From: an uncultured cyanobacterium
GTDB taxonomy: Bacteria; Cyanobacteriota; Cyanobacteriia; Cyanobacteriales; Cyanobacteriaceae
DNA: 64,000 nt
Reading direction: 5' to 3'
Assembly: GCA_963749915.1 (NCBI GenBank)
Contig: CAVVOP010000032.1
Coordinates: 1 to 64,000, forward strand
In this document: piece by piece, positions 57,408 through 64,000 of the stretch
Layout of the letters: every line of letters begins with the position of its first letter
How positions within the stretch are numbered: the first letter of the stretch is position 1
Program-made: the position numbers and the translations under genes
Notes under the pieces: model-generated
Told to the model about the DNA's origin: nothing
The model's database searches: none
The model's input: the letters and a program-made list of their open reading frames with translations, nothing else

Positions 57408-60400
57408 GCTGTCGAAAAACTAAAGGGTTGATGGAGTAATAAATAAAGACAGGGGATTAAAAATAACGTCAATAATGTGGCTAAAGATAACCCCCAAAAG
57501 ACGACTATCCCTAATGGTTGCAAAAATTCTCCTCCTTCTCCTACACCTAAAGCTAAAGGATACATCCCTAATACGGTCGTGATGGTGGTCATTAAAATCG
57601 GACGTAATCTTTGGGATGACGCTCGGATAATGGCCGTATAACGACTGGGCTTAAAAATATCAGGGTTTTGTTGTTGTTTTTCATAGATTTGATTAGCCAA
57701 CTCAACCATGACGATGGCATTATTGACGACAATACCGATTAATAATACTGCCCCAACAATAACCGTTGCACCGATGGGGGTTTCGGTAACGTATAAGCCG
57801 ATAATTCCTCCTGATAAAGCTAGAGGTAAGGTAAACATGATCACTAAAGGATCTATTAGAGAATTATATTGTACTGCCATGACCACAAATACGAGAAAGG
57901 CAGCTAAACTTCCTAAAACGGGTAGAGATGCTTGTAATTGTTTATTACTCTCGGCGGCGATACTTGGCAGGATACGGACACCTTGAGGTAAATCAATAGT
58001 ATCTAAGATGCCTTGTACTTCGGCTAATGCTGGTCCCAATGAGGCTTCTTCGGCGAGGCTTCCGGTGATGATAAAAACTTGACGTTGATTTATTCGTTGA
58101 ATTTGTGATGGGGCTTTTCCTGTGGTGATGGTAGCAACATCCCCTAGGCGAATTAAGCGATTATTGTCGGCGAAAAGTGGCACTTCTAATAAAGCACTGG
58201 CATCTTTGACTGAATTGGAATCCAATTGTACCCTTATATCTATTAGGCGTGCACCTGCACTATCTCCGTTGGCAAAGTCCCTCTGTAGCTGAGAAATAAC
58301 TAAACCGCTAACGGTAGTTCGTAAGGAATCAGTAATATCCGCATTTTTGAGGTTTAAATCCGCCAATCTTTCTAAATCGGGCTGAATAAGGACTTCTGGC
58401 TGAGAAGGATCAGCATCAGGGCGAAATCTGACTAATGTTGCTTTCTCATCAAGGGTCTTGACTACTTGTCTTCCTGTTTCCTCTAATAAAGTTTGGTTAT
58501 TGCCTTGTAAAATAATATCAACATCTGCCCTCACCGGAGAGTTGTTGAGAATCAGGCCTCGAACTTTACCCGCATTAAGACTTAAACGAATATCCACTAA
58601 GTTTAGTTTGCTTAATTCTTTGTCGAGGTTAGGGATATATTCATCTAAATTTGTCCCGGACTTGACGGTAATATTACTAGAACCTCTCAATACATTTTCA
58701 CTGGTATTACCACCAAATAAAAAGCCTCCAGAAGTAGTAAACGCATATTCAGTTTCTGGTTGTCGTAAAATCACATCATCAACTAGCTGCATAACTTGGC
58801 GATTAGTAGCAAGGGTGGTATTTGGGGGAAATTGGACAAATAAGTTGGCTTGACCTGTGTTGATAGTCGGTAAAATTTCTTGGGGTAATTGTTGGGCTAA
58901 ATTTAAGCTCGTTAAACCTAAAAGAATGAAGATAACCAGAACAACGATCCAGCGAATTTTAAGCAGAAAGCCTAAAACAAAGCTATAACTATTATTAGCC
59001 GCACTAAAAGCCTTGTTAAACCATGAAATAATAAAAAAACGTTTAATTTGACTAGAAAATTGAATAGCTAGCAACCGAGATGTCAACATCGGCACAATGG
59101 TTAAAGCAACCACAATGGAAGCCGCTACCGCAAAGCTGATGGTTAAAACCAATTCATTGAATAAAAGAGAGATAAAACCCCCAATCATCAAAAAGGGTAA
59201 AACTGCCACTAAGTTGGTGCTGGTGGAGGCAACTAAGGCAGATTCGACTTCCGAGGCACTGTTGATAGATTGTTCGATAATTTGCCGACGATAAACCCCT
59301 TTTTCGGGAATGGGATCATGGGTTAGTTTTTCTGTACCTTCGATAATGGTTTCCAACATAACGATGGAGTTATCGACGACAATCCCCACTCCTAAGGCTA
59401 ATCCCCCTAAACTGAAAACATTTAAGGATAGACCGAAAATTTTCATCACAATGATCGCCGCCAATGTGGCTAGAGGAATAGAAATGACGATGATGATAGT
59501 TTGACGAATTGAACCTAAAAACAATAATACTGCCATCGCCGCTAATGCTGTACCAATTAAACCTGAAGTGATGACATTATTAATGGCATTACGAATAAAA
59601 ATAGATTCATCGAGGGTGGGTAATAAAACTAAATCATCTTCGATAATATTACTTTTTTTCAACTCCTCAATTTTGGTTTTGATGGACTTGACAACCTCAA
59701 TGGTGTTGGCCTCTGGTTGTTTTTGAAGACTAACTTTAACGGCGGGGGTACCATTGAGATAAACAAAAATACGTTGATCCTCAGCACCATCAATAACATT
59801 CGCAAACTCGTTCAAATAGACACGACGGAAAGAATTAGGAATCGGAAAAGATAAATTATTTAACGCCTCAGCACTTTTAAATCTACCGACAACACGGGTT
59901 AAAGGTTCGTTACTTTCCCCTAATAAACGCCCTCCGCCAATATCTTGATTGGAGTCTCTAATTTCGTCTAAAACATCCTTTAAGCCAATTCCCAAAGCCT
60001 GTAAACGTTGAAGATCAATTTGTACTCTTACTTCTTCTTCTACTCCCCCAGAAACATCCACTGAAGCAACTCCGGGGACAATACTTAATTCTCTGGCTAA
60101 TTCTTCCTCTGTGAAAACCCTTAAATCTAAAATATCTCGAACATCGGAGGTAACAGCAAATTCATAAACAGGTAACTGAGAAGGCTCAAACTTGAATAAA
60201 CGAGGATTCTCAATGTTATCAGGTAATCTGCTTCTGGCACGGTTAAGGGAAGCTGTGGCATCATTTAAGGCTCGATCAATATTACCACCGACTCGGAAGA
60301 ATAAATCTAAACTAATTCGATTTTCCGAGGTTTGAGAATAAACTAGTTCTACTCCTTCCGTAGCGGAAAAAGCCTCTTCTAAAGGGCGAGTAATTTCTTC

Positions 60401-60613
60401 GACAGCAATTTCTGGCACAATACCTTCGGTTTGCAGTCTTACACCAATACGAGGATAAGTAATAGAGGGTAATAAATCCACTTGAATGGTAGTAACAAAA
60501 AAAATACCCACCACAATGACCGCCAAAGTTAACATTATAGTTGCGATGTGACGACGAATTGATAAACTACTAATGGTAAACTTCGAACTTAAGGGAGTAA
60601 AGGAGGATTTCAT
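57293..60613 (-). CDS. RND efflux transporter permease (AcrB/AcrD/AcrF family)
   Basis: GIVVDNSIVMLE, GIVVNNAIVMVE, RLRPILMTT. Confidence 0.95.
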   Translation of the reverse strand: MKSSFTPLSSKFTISSLSIRRHIATIMLTLAVIVVGIFFVTTIQVDLLPSITYPRIGVRLQTEGIVPEIAVEEITRPLEEAFSATEGVELVYSQTSENRISLDLFFRVGGNIDRALNDATASLNRARSRLPDNIENPRLFKFEPSQLPVYEFAVTSDVRDILDLRVFTEEELARELSIVPGVASVDVSGGVEEEVRVQIDLQRLQALGIGLKDVLDEIRDSNQDIGGGRLLGESNEPLTRVVGRFKSAEALNNLSFPIPNSFRRVYLNEFANVIDGAEDQRIFVYLNGTPAVKVSLQKQPEANTIEVVKSIKTKIEELKKSNIIEDDLVLLPTLDESIFIRNAINNVITSGLIGTALAAMAVLLFLGSIRQTIIIVISIPLATLAAIIVMKIFGLSLNVFSLGGLALGVGIVVDNSIVMLETIIEGTEKLTHDPIPEKGVYRRQIIEQSINSASEVESALVASTSTNLVAVLPFLMIGGFISLLFNELVLTISFAVAASIVVALTIVPMLTSRLLAIQFSSQIKRFFIISWFNKAFSAANNSYSFVLGFLLKIRWIVVLVIFILLGLTSLNLAQQLPQEILPTINTGQANLFVQFPPNTTLATNRQVMQLVDDVILRQPETEYAFTTSGGFLFGGNTSENVLRGSSNITVKSGTNLDEYIPNLDKELSKLNLVDIRLSLNAGKVRGLILNNSPVRADVDIILQGNNQTLLEETGRQVVKTLDEKATLVRFRPDADPSQPEVLIQPDLERLADLNLKNADITDSLRTTVSGLVISQLQRDFANGDSAGARLIDIRVQLDSNSVKDASALLEVPLFADNNRLIRLGDVATITTGKAPSQIQRINQRQVFIITGSLAEEASLGPALAEVQGILDTIDLPQGVRILPSIAAESNKQLQASLPVLGSLAAFLVFVVMAVQYNSLIDPLVIMFTLPLALSGGIIGLYVTETPIGATVIVGAVLLIGIVVNNAIVMVELANQIYEKQQQNPDIFKPSRYTAIIRASSQRLRPILMTTITTVLGMYPLALGVGEGGEFLQPLGIVVFWGLSLATLLTLFLIPCLYLLLHQPFSFSTAGVNTARVLENINVVEGKAEGRRQRAGGRGQGAEGRRK

Positions 60614-60982
60614 AATGGTGTTTATTAGACTTCCTAGAGATGCCGGGGAATAGGCAATAATTAGATAAATTAGATAAGATTAGTAATTTACCGCTTATGG
60701 TTGATTCTAATTTTAACGTGAGCATCCGACAAATTACTTTGATTATGTCTGAAGAGGGGCAATTTGTTCATTAGGAGTTCGACGGGGACTGATGGCTTCA
60801 TTCTCCGATCAGCTACAATCCCTATTCTCAATAATTTTTTGAGAATATATTGCTCAATCCCTCTTCAGGCAATGATTATAAGTTAGTTAGCTCTTATTTA
60901 TATTCAATATTGTATTTTCACGATTTCTTGCGGCGATCAGGCGAAGCCAGGCAGTTCGTGTGCCTTGAAGCGGATCTCTTCG

Positions 60983-61143
60983 CAATACTGCGAGGGTTTT
61001 GGAAAATATCAATGTGGTCGAGGGTAAGGCAGGAGGCAGGAGGCAGGGGGCAGAGGGCAGAAGGCAGGGGGCAGAAGGCAGAAGGAAATAAATTAGCCCA
61101 AATTTTTGTTCTGAATTTTGAATTTTGAATTTTGAATTTCCCC
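60983..61143 (+). repeat. Second, inverted copy of the 161-bp core of the 57240-57407 element
   Basis: Near-identical reverse complement of 57241-57401; differences lie within the heptamer arrays. Confidence 0.9.
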
Positions 61144-61228
61144 GTCAGGAGCTTATTACTTATCACTTCAAAACAAATATTTTTTGATAGTCACCCAAAA
61201 TTCCTTTCACCTCGATCCCAATGTGAAA

Positions 61229-61309
61229 TAGACTTCTCCGGAAATTATAATTTTTGTACAGTATAATGGCGGTTTCAACTCCCTTTTGGATAATTATTGG
61301 AGATGTCTA
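61229..61309. mobile_element. Short MITE with TA ends
   Basis: TAGACTTCTCCGGAAATTAT versus reverse complement of right end TAGACATCTCCAATAATTAT. Confidence 0.55.
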
Positions 61310-61374
61310 ATGAGTGTTAGAGGTTAACAGGCACCATTTTTCGGATGACCATGGGGATAAATTAACTAAAGAAA

Positions 61375-62037
61375 TTAATTTGTTACTTTTTGCTTTCGTT
61401 TAATACCTATACCTAAAGCACCAGCGACCAAAGTACCTAAAATAGTAACTGGTTCGGGAACTGGTTCTAAAACAATATTGTCAAAATGATGATACCCAAG
61501 CAGTGTGCTTGGACTTTTCTCCTGTTTCCAAGAAACAGAGGATAATTTCTCAAATCCGGTGAAATCAAAAGTCTCAAACCCTTTTGAGGTGTCTAGTAAA
61601 AAATTAGCCTGTATAGTGCCGCCGTTAGCGTAGGTTCCCGTAAAATTAACAGGGACGTTCCCAGAACCAGGTCCATTGAGCCAATCTAAATCAATGGATT
61701 TTAAATTAAAAGAACCTCCCCCGTTTTTCGTTAGTACTATATCTGTATTGCCATTGACCACATCACTGGCGAAAGATGTAGAGCCATTGTATGGATCATA
61801 TGGGGGGTTATATTTGCTGTAATCTCCTGAATTAATGGGGTACAGTTGAGCAATTGAGCCGCCTTGACTAATAGTAAAACCTTTTTCGCTATAAAAAGGG
61901 TCGTTAAGGTAGTATGAAAAATCAGTTCCGGGAGTCGTTAAAGGATCGAAATTAATGGTGACCGCTTCTGCTGAACCTATTGAACTAAGTGCGATGGCAG
62001 AAATGCCAACAAGAGTTAAAGATAATTTTTTTAACAT
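61375..62037 (-). CDS. PEP-CTERM sorting domain surface protein
   Basis: Signal peptide ending AEA; C-terminal VPEPVTILGTLVAGALGIGIKRKQK. Confidence 0.9.
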   Translation of the reverse strand: MLKKLSLTLVGISAIALSSIGSAEAVTINFDPLTTPGTDFSYYLNDPFYSEKGFTISQGGSIAQLYPINSGDYSKYNPPYDPYNGSTSFASDVVNGNTDIVLTKNGGGSFNLKSIDLDWLNGPGSGNVPVNFTGTYANGGTIQANFLLDTSKGFETFDFTGFEKLSSVSWKQEKSPSTLLGYHHFDNIVLEPVPEPVTILGTLVAGALGIGIKRKQKVTN

Positions 62038-62243
62038 GAGCTTTGCTCCTTTCGTATTTTCTATTTTAACTATACACTCATTTTTAGGAAAATTGTATAG
62101 TCATTTGTACTTGATTTAACGCTTAAATATTTATACTTAAGCGTTTTTAAAACTACTATGTAAGTTCATAGGGATACTTCTTGTTAAATTATTTCCTCAG
62201 TCCAAAACTATAATTAAAATTACTGATAAGGCATAGTTCCTTA

Positions 62244-62262
62244 GGGTGAGAAATTCTCACCC
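62244..62262 (-). terminator. Hairpin downstream of ileS
   Basis: GGGTGAGAA-A-TTCTCACCC. Confidence 0.5.
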
Positions 62263-62273
62263 CGAAATCATTG

Positions 62274-64000
62274 TCAAAAATTACCCGCCAATGCTTGCTT
62301 ACACCTGTCGCAAATTAAAGGTTCATTGGCAAAACTACCTACACTCAGAGAATAATTCCAACAACGATCGCATTTATGACCATCAGCCGGTAAAATGGCA
62401 ACTTTAAGATTAGTATCATTAAGCTGAATTTCTCCTTGATATTTACTTGTACTTAATGCCGATTCATCGGTTACTAATTCTACTTGTGATACTAAAAGCA
62501 GATATCGCAATTCATCAACTTTATTACCGTCATTAATGCTCTCAGCAGGATTCAAGTTCGTCAACATTTCCTTTAATTTGCCTTGAGTGTCATACATCAC
62601 GACTTTAGCTTCTAAGGATGCACCGATAAGTTTTTGATTACGAGCATCATCTAAAATTTTATTAACCCCTGTGCGAATCTTTCGTAATTCTGCCCATTTT
62701 GATAGTAAATCAGGGTTTTGCACCCACTCAGGGTTTAATTTGACCCAACCTGCCTCAAACACCGATTTAAAGGGCTTTTCATAGGGCAGATTTTGCCAAA
62801 TATCCTCTGCCATATGACACAAAACAGGTGCGATCGCCCTTACTAAATTTTCTAAGATAATAGCCATAACAGTTTGACAACTGCGACGACGGGGAGAATT
62901 GAGATCGGAAATATAAAGGCGATCTTTAGCAATATCTAGATAAAAATTAGATAAATCAACTACGCAGAAATTTTGTATTTTTTGAAAAAATTTAAAAAAT
63001 TGAAAGTGTTCAAATGCTTCCGTAATTTCACTAAAAACTAGGTGAGTTTCTTGTAAAATATACTTATCTAATTCAGGTAAATTTTCATAAATAACTACAT
63101 TTTCAGTAGGGTTAAAATCATGTAAATTACCAATTAAAAAACGAGCAGTATTGCGAATTTTACGGTAGACATCTGCTAATTGTTTGATAATACTTTCACC
63201 AACGCGGACATCACCAGTATAGTCGGTAGAAGACACCCACAATCTCAATACATCAGCACCGTAAGCAGGTTGTTGTTTTTGATTTTTACCACCATTGATA
63301 ATGAGATTCGGATCAAAAACATTACCAAGAGACTTACTCATCTTCATGCCCTTCTCATCTAAGACAAAACCATGAGTTAAGACAGTTTTATAAGGAGCAA
63401 TACCGTTCACTGCTACACTAGTTAAGAGACTCGATTGAAACCAACCCCGATGTTGATCCGAACCTTCTAAATATAAATCAACCGGATATTTCAACTCCTC
63501 TCTCTGCTTGGCAACCGCCGCCCAAGATGAACCAGAATCGAACCATACGTCCATAGTATCCATGCCTTTGCGATAGACTTTGCCGTTGTTGCCGTAACTT
63601 TCGGGCAATAATTCCTCCACGGACAATTCCCACCAGGCATCAGAGCCTTTTTCCCTGATAATATCTTTAACGTGATTGATGGTTTCTTCATTTAATAAAG
63701 GTTCGTTTGTTTCCTCATCATAAAACACCGGAATCGGTAAACCCCAACTGCGTTGACGAGAAATACACCAGTCACTGCGATCGCTAACCATTGGCGTAAT
63801 ACGGTTTTCGCCCTGGGGAGGAATCCAAGTTACATCTTTTATGGCTTTCAATGCCGCCTCACGAAAACCATCCACCGAAGCGAACCATTGTTCAGTTGCA
63901 CGGAAAATTGTCGGTTTTTTAGTACGCCAATCGTAGGGATATTTATGGACGTAGGCTTCTTCCCCCAGTAAGCTATTTTTAGCGATTAAAGCGTCAATAA
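62274..64000 (-). CDS. ileS: Isoleucyl-tRNA synthetase, 5' part beyond the window
   Basis: DWCISRQRSWG, EGSDQHRGWF, KMSKS, C-terminal CDRCW..CDRC. Confidence 0.97.
   Translation of the reverse strand, partial: IDALIAKNSLLGEEAYVHKYPYDWRTKKPTIFRATEQWFASVDGFREAALKAIKDVTWIPPQGENRITPMVSDRSDWCISRQRSWGLPIPVFYDEETNEPLLNEETINHVKDIIREKGSDAWWELSVEELLPESYGNNGKVYRKGMDTMDVWFDSGSSWAAVAKQREELKYPVDLYLEGSDQHRGWFQSSLLTSVAVNGIAPYKTVLTHGFVLDEKGMKMSKSLGNVFDPNLIINGGKNQKQQPAYGADVLRLWVSSTDYTGDVRVGESIIKQLADVYRKIRNTARFLIGNLHDFNPTENVVIYENLPELDKYILQETHLVFSEITEAFEHFQFFKFFQKIQNFCVVDLSNFYLDIAKDRLYISDLNSPRRRSCQTVMAIILENLVRAIAPVLCHMAEDIWQNLPYEKPFKSVFEAGWVKLNPEWVQNPDLLSKWAELRKIRTGVNKILDDARNQKLIGASLEAKVVMYDTQGKLKEMLTNLNPAESINDGNKVDELRYLLLVSQVELVTDESALSTSKYQGEIQLNDTNLKVAILPADGHKCDRCWNYSLSVGSFANEPLICDRCKQALAGNF

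Noticed and set aside
60776..60800. GTTCGACGGGG resembling tRNA/tmRNA motifs
   Set aside because: No acceptor stem, cloverleaf or tag reading frame could be built
60850..61166. ORFs 60850-61128(+) and 60918-61166(-)
   Set aside because: They are translations of heptamer repeats
615..63971. Many 60-140 aa ORFs antisense to or nested in long genes
   Set aside because: Shadow ORFs with no motifs, overlapping well-supported CDSs

Overview
AT-rich cyanobacterial chromosome segment. Evidence: psbI, ndhCKJ, cpcE, nrrA, CP12 and about 20 HIP1 GCGATCGC octamers counted by eye. A Geminocystis/Cyanobacterium-like host is my inference only. The backbone is housekeeping genes: futB, pyrR, pphA, ABC1 kinase, UvrD-like helicase, tldD, rplI, recQ, PBP1A, uvrC, cysH, mutS, pilMNOQ, an RND pump and ileS. 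Two accessory regions stand out. (1) About 26.7-39.6 kb is a decaying membrane/transport region with IS remnants. It carries two copies of an unannotated 52-aa Trp-rich membrane microprotein that differ mostly at synonymous sites; one copy is split by a deleted IS701-like element. (2) About 44.3-50.0 kb is a GC-richer island: adk-ferredoxin-thioredoxin-Zn finger-CBS/CP12-pyrF/pyrE, divergent from a recombinase-domain-only protein and a tetra-CBS protein. Very small mobile repeats are also common: a nested hairpin element inside a CTAG-type MITE, in-frame 21/24-nt insertions in uvrC and the RND gene, and a 168-bp element with a 5-bp target duplication that replaced the RND C-terminus and has an inverted twin 3.6 kb away. 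PilQ carries an unusual tetrad-repeat insertion. I found no rRNA, tRNA or CRISPR array. All family assignments come from motif recognition and memory, not database searches.
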